This document shows, in pieces, positions 54,679 through 63,443 of a stretch of 64,000 nucleotides of DNA (within the stretch, counting starts at the first letter, position 1; the number at the start of each line of letters is the position of its first letter). Source of the DNA: an uncultured Holophagales bacterium (lineage in GTDB: Bacteria > Acidobacteriota > Thermoanaerobaculia > Multivoradales > UBA5704); the NCBI GenBank assembly GCA_963842525.1, contig CAWJGT010000009.1, forward strand, positions 352,001-416,000. Reading direction: 5' to 3'. The notes below the pieces were generated by a model. The model saw nothing but the letters and a program-made list of their open reading frames with translations, was not told the DNA's origin and did no database searches. The translations under genes were made by a program, and so were the position numbers.

Positions 54679-55201
54679 ATGCCGATGTTGAAACCGCCGG
54701 AAGAAATGGACCTCAATGCCTTCGACAGGCGTTTTCTCAATCTCATCGACGTGCTCGACGAGGCTCCGGGCTGCTCGCAGGCGGACTACGGCGGGCCTTG
54801 GAAGATCGTGCCGCTGAGCCGGGAAGCTCGGGGTCTTCCGCAGTTGGGAAGACCCACGGGCCGGAGACCTGCCGACCGTGGTCACGGGCCTGCGCGAGAC
54901 GGCCCTGCGCTTCACCGCGGTCCTGCCCTGTGCCGGCGTCGAGCACTCCCTGTACCTGGCCGACTCTCCCGAGGCTCACGGCTTCGCGATCCGGGGCGCG
55001 GGTCCGGAGGCCCTCGCCTGGATGCAGCATTTCAATCCGGACCTCTTCGAAGCCTACCGGGTCTCGGAGCATCTGGCGCGCTCGCCCGTCAGCGTGGCGG
55101 CGGTTCTGGAGTCCGCGGGGCCGCTGGCGATCCATCACGTGGGCCGCATCCTGGCGCGCAACATGGGGGCGCAGGTCCGGCGGTTGCATCCGCGGCGCTG
55201 A
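54679..55201 (+). CDS. Hypothetical protein (frameshift near 54830)
   Basis: SD GAGGAGG; NAFDRRFL..EA..ADYGGPW joins HLARSPVSVAAVLESAG in the adjacent frame. Confidence 0.6.
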
Positions 55202-55219
55202 GCCCGGGGGCCTGGGGAG

Positions 55220-55831
55220 ATGACCGCCGGCCGCCTCCGCCTCGTCCGGTCGCTGGTTCGGGCCTTCTTCCCGGAATACCTGCGGCTGGTCGAGCCCGAT
55301 GCCGCGGAGCGCCTGCGCCTGGACCGCCTCGAGTGGCTCCACCTGCCGGGCCCGGCTCTCGCCGCCGAAGCCCTGGAAGCCGGGGGAGGCAAGGCCACCC
55401 TGGTGCTCCGGATCGACCGCGGCGAGCCGTCGCCGGACGATCTCTCGAGCTGGCTGGTGCGCGGCCCCGGCCGGCTGAAGGTTCACTATGGCCGGCCCGT
55501 CCTGCTCCACGTGCTCAGCGTAGAGCAGGGCCGGCCCGGGGTGAACCTGGACACGGCCGTGGCGGCGCGGCTGGCGGGCTTCGAAGCGCTCCGGATCTTC
55601 TATACCCGGTTCGGTCTCGCGGGCGCCCGGGCGGAATACTGGTTGAGCCGGCCCGAGCCCCTGGCCTGGGCCCTCGCCGCCTGGATGAGCCCGTCCCGCC
55701 TCAGCCGCGCCGAGCTCCGCGAAGCCTGCCAACGCCGCCTCGCCGCCGCTTCCCTGCCCGAGGAACGGAGGAAGCTGCTGCTGCGCTTTGCCGCGAGCGG
55801 ACCAGGGGGCCTTCGCGAGTCGCTTACATAG
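55220..55831 (+). CDS. Degenerate Rpn/transposase_31-like protein
   Basis: LVRAFFPEYLRL..P..A..L....EWL and P..LAWALAAWM resemble the Rpn family; the catalytic HxExQ motif is not evident. Confidence 0.5.
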   Translation: MTAGRLRLVRSLVRAFFPEYLRLVEPDAAERLRLDRLEWLHLPGPALAAEALEAGGGKATLVLRIDRGEPSPDDLSSWLVRGPGRLKVHYGRPVLLHVLSVEQGRPGVNLDTAVAARLAGFEALRIFYTRFGLAGARAEYWLSRPEPLAWALAAWMSPSRLSRAELREACQRRLAAASLPEERRKLLLRFAASGPGGLRESLT

Positions 55832-56119
55832 TATCCACCATCCTCCATTCTACTACACGTTCCGCCACGCCAAACTCAGCGACTCTCATCGATCCGTCTG
55901 CATCCGTTGACCAGAACCGTGAAAAAGAAGTAGGGTTCCGTAACGCCGCAACGCGAATGTAGTCGAGCTCGGTAACAAGAGGCGCAGGATTGACAGCGGG
56001 GGTGGGGGAGACATTCTCCTCACTGCCCTGCGAGACTAGAGGCCTTGCAACGCGACGCAGCGCCGCGGGCGCCGGGGCCGTGGGGGCGTCCGGCCTGTCC
56101 CGCGGGCAAGGAGGTCAAG

Positions 56120-56416
56120 ATGTCTCGCCGGATCGTCCGAACGCTCTTTGCCGTAGCCCTCGTGCTGGCCCTCGGCGCAGCCTCTCCCGCTCAGGCTGCG
56201 GTCTTCGGCCCATCTGTCAACGCTCTGGATGTCTGGAGCCGTGCCGTCGCCTGGTTTGTGAGCCTGTGGAACGGCGCGGCGGATGACGACCAGGGCCACA
56301 CGATCGACCCCAATGGCCTGACCGCGGCAACAAGCGACCAGGGCCACAGCATCGACCCCAACGGCCTGACGGCGCCGGATGACGACAAGGGATGGACGAT
56401 CGACCCCGACGGCTAG
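56120..56416 (+). CDS. 98-aa secreted peptide with three D-x-G-x-x-I-D-P-[ND]-G repeats
   Basis: SD AAGGAGG, Sec signal ending AQA, cores DQGHTIDPNG / DQGHSIDPNG / DKGWTIDPDG at a 16-aa period. Confidence 0.85.
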   Translation: MSRRIVRTLFAVALVLALGAASPAQAAVFGPSVNALDVWSRAVAWFVSLWNGAADDDQGHTIDPNGLTAATSDQGHSIDPNGLTAPDDDKGWTIDPDG

Positions 56417-56424
56417 GTGAAGTG

Positions 56425-56447
56425 GGGGGCGGCCCTCCGCCGCCCCC
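56425..56447 (+). terminator. Hairpin after the peptide gene
   Basis: GGGGGCGGC-cctcc-GCCGCCCCC. Confidence 0.55.
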
Positions 56448-56532
56448 TCGCCGTTCCCGTAACTGAGAACTGCCGGCGCGCTTTTGTGAGAGAATGATGC
56501 CGCCGGTTCGGGAATCCGAAAGGAGGTTGCGG

Positions 56533-57882
56533 GTGAGCGAGCATCCCTCAGCGGAGGATCTACGGGGTCTGTTCTTTGGCGGCGTGCCGGAAGAGCGGTT
56601 GCGCGCCGCCGTTCTTCACCTGCTGCGCGGCTGCCCGGAGTGCCGCGCCGCAGCGTTCGAGCATGCCCGGGCCATGGCGGCGCCTTTTCCGCGGGAGGCC
56701 CAGATCCCACCGGAGACGGACAAGGCCTACGACGCCGCGATCCGGCGCTCTATACAGGCAGCCCGCCGGTACCTCGAGCAGGAGGAAAAGCTCCCGGGCC
56801 GGATCGAGGAGGCCCGCGCCCTGCTCGACGCGAAGGACATGGACGGCTTCATCCGCGCACCGCGCTGGCTGTACGGGCTGCCCTTCGTCGAGGCCCTGCT
56901 GGAGCGGAGCTGGGCCGTGCGCCACGACGACCCGCAGAAGATGGTCCTTTATGCCCTTTTCGCCTCCCTCGAAGCCGACCAGCTCGACCGGAAGAAGCTC
57001 GGTGAGCAACGGGTGGAGGACATCCGCTGCCGGGCGTTGGTCGAGCTGGCAAACGCCCACCGGGTCGCGGACGACCTGCGGCAGGCCGAAGTAGCCCTGG
57101 GGGAAGCGGCGGAAGCCTTCCAGAAGGGGAGCAAGGACGATCGGCTCAAGGCGCGGCTCCTCGAGGTGCAGGCCTCGCTGTATGGCGACGAGCGGAGCTT
57201 CGACCTCTGCTTTCAGTCGCTGGACCTCGTGATCGCCCTCCATCGTCGCCTTGGAGACGACCACATGGTGGGGAGGGCGCTGATCAAGAAAGGTCTCTTC
57301 CATGGTCACAATCAAGATTTCGACCGGGCGATTGAGCTCCTGGAGCAAGGGTTTACCCTCATCGATGATAAGCGCGACCCGAAGCTTGCCATGGGGACCG
57401 TCCACAATATCGTCCACTTCTTGGTCAAGCGTGGGAGCTATCGCAAGGCCCGCAGACTGCTTTGGGAGAATCTCTGGCGGTACGAGAAGCACGGTGGGGA
57501 AATCGACCGCATCAAGGTCTGGGGCCTTCGCGGCCTGATCAACACCGGGCTCGGGAATTTCAAGCTGGCCGAACAGGAATTCCGCAAGGGAAAGGAAGGC
57601 CTCGAGGCAGCCGGCCTTCGTTACACTGCAGCCATCGCGGCCCTCGATCTGGCCGATGTCCAGCTCCGTCAGGGTAAGACGAAAGAGGCGCAGGCCCTGG
57701 CCCGCGAGGCGGTGGACGTCTTCCGCTCTTTGAGAATCAGCCGCGAGACCGAGATCGCGGTCCTGTTCCTGGAGGAGACTGTCAAGCAGCGTCTCCTGTC
57801 GAGCGCCGTCCTGCGGGAGATCGCCGAGTTCCTGCGCCGCGCCGAGCAGGACTCCGGAGCCCGGTTCGAGCCGAAGATCTGA
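56533..57882 (+). CDS. TPR-repeat protein with N-terminal anti-sigma-like zinc finger
   Basis: SD AGGAGG; EHP...HLLRGCPEC; then all-helical TPR-like repeats (ELANAHR, GRALIKKG, LGNFKLAE); no TM helix. Confidence 0.8.
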   Translation: MSEHPSAEDLRGLFFGGVPEERLRAAVLHLLRGCPECRAAAFEHARAMAAPFPREAQIPPETDKAYDAAIRRSIQAARRYLEQEEKLPGRIEEARALLDAKDMDGFIRAPRWLYGLPFVEALLERSWAVRHDDPQKMVLYALFASLEADQLDRKKLGEQRVEDIRCRALVELANAHRVADDLRQAEVALGEAAEAFQKGSKDDRLKARLLEVQASLYGDERSFDLCFQSLDLVIALHRRLGDDHMVGRALIKKGLFHGHNQDFDRAIELLEQGFTLIDDKRDPKLAMGTVHNIVHFLVKRGSYRKARRLLWENLWRYEKHGGEIDRIKVWGLRGLINTGLGNFKLAEQEFRKGKEGLEAAGLRYTAAIAALDLADVQLRQGKTKEAQALAREAVDVFRSLRISRETEIAVLFLEETVKQRLLSSAVLREIAEFLRRAEQDSGARFEPKI

Positions 57883-57894
57883 GGCCGCCGCGTC

Positions 57895-58240
57895 CCGCGG
57901 GACTATAGACATCCTCCGCGGCGACGCGCAGTGGTCCCGCGGGACCGGCCAGGCTCACCGTGGGACCATGGATACTCTCCTCGGCGGCGTGCAGTGGTCC
58001 TGCGGGACCGGCAAGGCTCACCGCGGGACCATAGACATCCTCCGCGGCGGCGTGCAGCGGTCCCGCGGGACCGGCAAGGCTCACTGCGGGACCAGGTACA
58101 TTCTCCGCTACGGCGTGCAGTGGTCCCGCGGCACCGGCAGGGCCCACCGCGGGACCATAGACATTCGTCGCGGTGGCGTGCAGTGGTCCCGCGGCACCGG
58201 CAAGGCTCACTGCGGGACCAGGTACGTTCACCGCGGGGCC
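57895..58240. repeat. Tandem array of ~5.5 x 63-bp units (3 x 21 bp) between convergent genes
   Basis: Units start at 57895, 57958, 58021, 58084, 58147 and 58210; each full unit holds a variant of the palindrome GGTCCCGCGGGACC. Confidence 0.92.
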
Positions 58241-58312
58241 ACACGGACATGCAGGAGTGGTGTCCGTCGCCACTCCGGCGGTCTCCTCTGCCGCTCCAGG
58301 TTTCTGGAATCC

Positions 58313-59548
58313 TTACAGCGTCGTCAGTACCTTGGCCAGGCGCTCGACCGCCCAGTCGATCTCTTCCTTTTTGATGGTCAGCGGCGGCGCGATACGGATG
58401 ACGTGGTCGTGGGTCTCCTTGCAGAGGAGCCCTTCCTTCTGCAGCGCCTCGCAGAAGCGACGGGCGCCGCCGGCCTCGCGGTGCAGCTCGATGCCGATCC
58501 ACAGGCCCTTGCCACGGACCTCCTTGATGTGCTGCGAGGAGATCTGCCGCAGGCGGTCCATGAAGTAGGGGCCCAGGGCGGCTGAATTCTCGATCATCTC
58601 CTCGTCGACCAGGACGCGCAGCGCGGCGCGCGCCACGGCCGCGGCCATCGGGTTGCCGCCGTAGGTCGAGCCGTGCTCGCCAGGCTGGAAGACCCCCATC
58701 ACCGGGTCGTCGGCCAGGATGCCGGAGACCGGGTAGAAGCCGCCGGAGAGGGCCTTGCCCACGATCACGACGTCGGGCCGGATCTCCTCGTGCTCGAAGG
58801 CGAACATCTTGCCGGTGCGGCCGAGGCCGGACTGGATCTCGTCGGCGATCAGCAGCGCGTTGTGCCGCTGGGTGATCTCGCGCAGGCGGCGCAGGTAGCC
58901 TTCGGGCGGCACCACGATGCCCGCCTCGCCCTGGATCGGCTCGACCAGCACCGCCGCCACGTTCGGGTGCATGGCCGCCTCGACCGCGTCGGCATCGCCG
59001 TAGGGGAGGACGCGGAAGCCGGGGGTGAAGGGGCCGAAGCCGGCGCGGTAGAGCTCCTCGGTCGAGAAGCTGACGATGCTGATCGTGCGGCCGTGGAAGT
59101 TGTTGCCGAAGGCGAGGATCTCGGCCTGCCCCTCGGGGATGCCCTTGACCTGGTAGCCCCACTTGCGGGCGGTCTTGAGGGCGGTCTCGACCGCTTCGGC
59201 GCCGGTGTTCATCGGCAGGAACTTGTCGAAGCCGGTGAGCTCGCAGATCTCCTTGTAGAAGGGTCCGAGCTGGTCGTTGCGGAAGGCGCGCGAAGTGAGG
59301 GTCACGGAGTAGGCCTGGTCGAGCATCGCCTGCAGGATCTTGCGGTGGCCGTGGCCCTGGTTGACGGCCGAATAGGCGGCCAGGAAATCGAGGTACTTGT
59401 TGCCCTCGACGTCCCAGACCCAGACGCCTTCGGCACGGCTCACCACCACGTCGAGCGGGTGGTAGTTGTGCGCTCCGAAGCGGTCTTCGAGGGCGATGTA
59501 GTCCTCGGTCTTCATCTGCTTCTTCTCTTCAAGCACAAAGGTGCTCAT
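58313..59548 (-). CDS. rocD: Ornithine--oxo-acid transaminase
   Basis: [47 protein letters not shown] and GKALSGG. Confidence 0.95.
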   Translation of the reverse strand: MSTFVLEEKKQMKTEDYIALEDRFGAHNYHPLDVVVSRAEGVWVWDVEGNKYLDFLAAYSAVNQGHGHRKILQAMLDQAYSVTLTSRAFRNDQLGPFYKEICELTGFDKFLPMNTGAEAVETALKTARKWGYQVKGIPEGQAEILAFGNNFHGRTISIVSFSTEELYRAGFGPFTPGFRVLPYGDADAVEAAMHPNVAAVLVEPIQGEAGIVVPPEGYLRRLREITQRHNALLIADEIQSGLGRTGKMFAFEHEEIRPDVVIVGKALSGGFYPVSGILADDPVMGVFQPGEHGSTYGGNPMAAAVARAALRVLVDEEMIENSAALGPYFMDRLRQISSQHIKEVRGKGLWIGIELHREAGGARRFCEALQKEGLLCKETHDHVIRIAPPLTIKKEEIDWAVERLAKVLTTL

Positions 59549-59715
59549 ATCTCCTCCAGGTGGTAACCGGTACCAGGGCGAATGGGTGGGGATTTCCCGG
59601 GGCGGACAGCGGCCCGAGCCGCGATCGGCCGCCGTATTAATGCGCCACATTGTGCCACAACGGACGGCGGATTTCAGGCGGGCCGCCGTCCCTGCTATCA
59701 TGCTGGCCGTAAGTC

Positions 59716-61245
59716 ATGCCTGACTATTCCAACGTTCCGCGGGACTCCCGTCGCGTCCCCATCGCGACGAAGGTCCAGTTCAAGTTCGACCGCTTCAGCG
59801 GTTTCCTGAGCGAGTACTCCGCCAACATCTCGCCCACGGGGCTGTTCATCGTCACCAAGACGCCGGAGCCGGCCGGCCGGGTGCTCGAGCTGGAGTTCCA
59901 CCTCGGCGACGGCTTCGAGATCATCAAGGGCAACGGCGAGGTGGTGTGGACCCGCACGGTCGCCGACGGCCCCCACCGGCCGGCGGGCATGGGCCTCCGC
60001 TTCCTGGAGCTGAGCCCGGGGAGCAAGGACCTCATCTACCGCATCGTCGACCAGTACGTGCTGGCGGGCGGCACGCCGTTCGACCTGATCGAGGCCGGGG
60101 GCGGGGTCGCTGCATCCTCTTCGGCGCCCTCCCGCGTCCCGGCCGAGGCGGACGACCTCCTGGCCCCCCTGCCGCCGCTGGACCTGGAGCCGGACCCGTT
60201 CCCGGACCTGGAGCCGGAGCCGCTCAAGGAGTCCTCTTCGAACGTGCTCCCCTGGCGCCGGCCGCCGGATCTCCGGATGGTCGAAGAGCCGGGGCTCGAG
60301 CCGGCCGGCGAGATCTTCGCGCTGGAGGAACCGGGTGCGCTCCCGGTTTTCGAGAGCCGGCCGGACCCGCTCTCGCTGCCCTCGCTGCCCTCGCTGCCAA
60401 CACCGGCCCCCTTCGCCGCCTCCGTCCCTTCGTCTGCGGCCGACGAGCTCTTCGCGTCGTATCTCCCCAAGCCGGCCGAGCCTCCGGAGCCGACGATGTC
60501 GAGGACTCTGTCGAGCCTCGCCGGCAGCGCCTCCGCGCAGGCCGAGCGCCGGCTGGCTCCGTGGGTGCTTGGGCTCGTCCTCCTCTGCGCGCTCGCCGCG
60601 GCCGGGATCCTTTTCCGCGACGATCTGCTCGGCCTCATCGGCCTGGGAGACGATGGAGAGGAGGTCGCGGCGGCTCCAACGACCCGGCCGCAGGAGCTGC
60701 CGCTCCGGCGGACGCAGCCTGCCGTACCGCCGCCTCCTTCCGCATCGGCAGCACCCGGCCTGACGTCCGACGTCGAGCCGGCGAAGCCCGCACCAGCCCT
60801 TGAGACGACCACAGCTCCAGACGCCGCCCCGCGGGAGCCCGCGGCCGAGGAGCCGCTGCCGGAGGTGGTGCAGCGCAAGCCGGCTCCGGAGCCCGCGGCC
60901 GTGCCGGCGGTGAGCGCCGTCGAACGGATCACCTTGGAGCCGACCGCCGGCAGTACCGTCGTGGTGCTCTGGGGCAACGGCGTCTTCCAGCCGCAAAGCT
61001 ACAGCCAGAGCCGCATGGACGGGCCGCCGCGCTCTCTGATCCGTCTCACCGGCATCCGCCGGCCCTTCTCGCCGACCCGCATTCCGGTCGGCACCCCCCA
61101 GGTGCGGCAGGTGCGGACCGGCTATCACGAGAAGGCCGGGGGCAATGAGCTCCACATCGTGCTCGACCTCGGGGGGCCGGGCGTCAAGATCACCCGGATC
61201 GATCAGGACGGCCAACGCCTGCGGATTCATCTGGAGGGACCGTAA
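59716..61245 (+). CDS. PilZ-domain (myxobacterial TIGR02266-like) / TM / Pro-rich / C-terminal AMIN-like protein
   Basis: RDSRR..NISPTGLFI..GEVVW..GMGLRF; TM LAPWVLGLVLLCALAAAGILF; C-terminal PPRSLIRL..VRQVRTG..LHIVLDL. Confidence 0.8.
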   Translation: MPDYSNVPRDSRRVPIATKVQFKFDRFSGFLSEYSANISPTGLFIVTKTPEPAGRVLELEFHLGDGFEIIKGNGEVVWTRTVADGPHRPAGMGLRFLELSPGSKDLIYRIVDQYVLAGGTPFDLIEAGGGVAASSSAPSRVPAEADDLLAPLPPLDLEPDPFPDLEPEPLKESSSNVLPWRRPPDLRMVEEPGLEPAGEIFALEEPGALPVFESRPDPLSLPSLPSLPTPAPFAASVPSSAADELFASYLPKPAEPPEPTMSRTLSSLAGSASAQAERRLAPWVLGLVLLCALAAAGILFRDDLLGLIGLGDDGEEVAAAPTTRPQELPLRRTQPAVPPPPSASAAPGLTSDVEPAKPAPALETTTAPDAAPREPAAEEPLPEVVQRKPAPEPAAVPAVSAVERITLEPTAGSTVVVLWGNGVFQPQSYSQSRMDGPPRSLIRLTGIRRPFSPTRIPVGTPQVRQVRTGYHEKAGGNELHIVLDLGGPGVKITRIDQDGQRLRIHLEGP

Positions 61246-61257
61246 AAGGGTGATAGA

Positions 61258-62373
61258 ATGCCGGTCCCCGACCCGGTGGTAGATGCAGGCAGCCCGATGT
61301 CGAATGTGAAGCGGCTCAAGCGCCAGATACTCCAGGAGCTGGTGCAGGAGAATGTAGATCTCCTCCACGGCCGCCCTGCCCGGCGGGTGCGCCCGCGCCC
61401 CGGCCGCCTGTGGACGGTGCCCCGCGTCCTGGCGTTCTCCCTGTTGCCCATCGCGCTGCTCGGCTCGACCCGGCTGATCTCCTCGCTGGAGTCCCGCCAG
61501 CCACCGAATCCTGTCGTTGCGTCGGTCGCCCCTCCGGCGCCGGCCCCATCGGTCCAATCCGTCCCATCGGTCCGACCGGTCCAGACGGTTCAACCCCCAC
61601 CGCCAGCCACGGGAGCTCGCGTCGAGCCGCCGAAGCCGATCGACGCGGCGGTCTTCCCGCTGGCGGTCCGCCGGGTGGCGCTCGATCCGGGGCACGGCGG
61701 CGAGAGCCTGGGCACCCACACGCCGCTCGGCCTGATGGAGAAGAACCTGACACTCGACGTCGCCCTGCGGCTGCGCAAGCTCCTCGAGGCCGACCATTTC
61801 GAGGTCGTGATGACGCGCCAGGACGACGGGGACGTGCCGCTCTCGCAACGCGGCGCCGCCGCCAACCAGGGGGATGCCGACATCTTCGTCTCGATCCACG
61901 TCAACTGGATCGAGAACCGGCAGGCGCGCGGGGTCGAGACCTACTACCTGGGGCCGACGAACGATCCGTTCCTGACCCGGCTCGCGGCGGCGGAGAACCG
62001 GGAATCCGGCTATTCGATGGCCGACATGCGGCAGCTCCTCGACCGCATCTACGCCAACGTGCGCCAGGACAATTCCCGCAAGCTGGCCGAGGTCGTCCAG
62101 GCGTCGCTGTTCAGCTCGCTGCGCCAGTTCAATCCCAACCTCGACAACCGGGGGGTCAAGGCGGCCCCCTTCATCGTCCTGCTGACCACCGAGATGCCGG
62201 CCATCCTCGCTGAGGTATCCTGCCTGTCGAACGACGAGGAGGCCGAGCTCCTGTCCAAGCCCCACTACCGGCAGTACATCGCCGAGGCGCTCGCGGCGGG
62301 GGTCCGCTCCTATGCGGACGCCGTCGCCGGGGCGCCGCCGGAGGGGCCGCAGAGCCGTAAGAAAGGAACCTGA
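61258..62373 (+). CDS. Membrane-anchored N-acetylmuramoyl-L-alanine amidase (Amidase_3)
   Basis: LDPGHGG, EKNLTL, FVSIHVN and PAILAE zinc/catalytic residues; N-terminal TM and Pro-rich linker. Confidence 0.92.
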   Translation: MPVPDPVVDAGSPMSNVKRLKRQILQELVQENVDLLHGRPARRVRPRPGRLWTVPRVLAFSLLPIALLGSTRLISSLESRQPPNPVVASVAPPAPAPSVQSVPSVRPVQTVQPPPPATGARVEPPKPIDAAVFPLAVRRVALDPGHGGESLGTHTPLGLMEKNLTLDVALRLRKLLEADHFEVVMTRQDDGDVPLSQRGAAANQGDADIFVSIHVNWIENRQARGVETYYLGPTNDPFLTRLAAAENRESGYSMADMRQLLDRIYANVRQDNSRKLAEVVQASLFSSLRQFNPNLDNRGVKAAPFIVLLTTEMPAILAEVSCLSNDEEAELLSKPHYRQYIAEALAAGVRSYADAVAGAPPEGPQSRKKGT

Positions 62374-63413
62374 TGGATACGTATGACAAGCAGCGTGATG
62401 TCCTCCACGTGGGGATCGACCTGGGGACGTCGCGGAGCTCGATCTCCGCGTCCAACGGCCAGCGCCATGTGGTGGAGAGCTACGTCGGCTGGCCGCTCGA
62501 CATGGTGGCCCGCAAGGTTCTGAAGAAGCCGGTCCTGATCGGCCGCGAGGCGCTCGACAACCGGTCCATGCTCGACCTCCACCGGCCGCTGGAGCAGGGG
62601 CTGATCAAGGAGGGGTCGGACAAGGACGAGGCCGCGGTGCGCGAGCTGCTCTGGCACCTCCTGTCGCTCGCCGGGGTCAACCGCGAGAGCCGCAACGGCC
62701 TCAAGGTGCGGGCGGTGGTCGGCGTCCCGGCCGAGGCGCTGCGGGTCAACAAGCAGCAGGTCCGCAAGGCGCTCCAGGGCGTGGTGGACAGCCTGATGAT
62801 CGTCTCCGAGCCGTTCGCCGTGGCCTATGGGCTGGAGTCGCTGCTCCACAGCATGATCATCGACCTGGGGGCGGGCACCACCGACTTCTGCGTCATGAAC
62901 GGCCGCCTGCCCACCGAGGACGACCAGCGGACGCTGCCGCAGGCGGGCGACTGGATCGACGAGCAGCTCTTCCGGCTGGTCCGCGACCGCCATCCGCAGG
63001 CCAGCGTCTCGCAGCACATGGTGCGCACCTGGAAGGAGGAGGGGAGCTTCGTCGGCAACAACAAGATGCCGGTGGTGGTCACCGCGCCGGTCGCCGGCAA
63101 GCCGACGCAGATCGACATCACCCAGGAGATGCGGCAGGCCTGCGAAGGCATCCTGCCGCCGCTGTCCGAGTCGATGCTCGACCTGCTCTCGCGGGTGCAG
63201 CCCGAGTACCAGGAGCGGGTCCGCCAGAACATCATCGTCTCCGGCGGCACCGGGTTGATCCGTGGCCTGGGTCCCCGCCTCGAGCAGGATCTGCAGCAGG
63301 TGGGCGGCGGCAAGGTGCGGGTGGTCAAGGACCCGGTTTTCGTCGGCTCCGACGGCGGCCTTTCCATCGCCCTCGACGCACCCGAGGGAGACTGGGAGAG
63401 GCTGGGCGCCTGA
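62373..63413 (+). CDS. MamK-like bacterial actin
   Basis: VGIDLGTS, VVGVPA, IVSEPFAVAYGL, IIDLGAGTTD, FVG, QPEYQ..V.QNI.V.GG and VKDPVF are collinear with MamK as recalled; TGATG overlap with the amidase. Confidence 0.85.
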   Translation: MDTYDKQRDVLHVGIDLGTSRSSISASNGQRHVVESYVGWPLDMVARKVLKKPVLIGREALDNRSMLDLHRPLEQGLIKEGSDKDEAAVRELLWHLLSLAGVNRESRNGLKVRAVVGVPAEALRVNKQQVRKALQGVVDSLMIVSEPFAVAYGLESLLHSMIIDLGAGTTDFCVMNGRLPTEDDQRTLPQAGDWIDEQLFRLVRDRHPQASVSQHMVRTWKEEGSFVGNNKMPVVVTAPVAGKPTQIDITQEMRQACEGILPPLSESMLDLLSRVQPEYQERVRQNIIVSGGTGLIRGLGPRLEQDLQQVGGGKVRVVKDPVFVGSDGGLSIALDAPEGDWERLGA

Positions 63414-63443
63414 GCCCTGACGCCTCAGACGGGAGACCACCTC

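Noticed and set aside
57895-58240. Possible CRISPR array, or real proteins from ORFs 57782..58273(-) and 57968..58585(+)
   Set aside because: No unique spacers; the ORFs are by-products of a 63-bp GC-rich repeat and overlap real genes.
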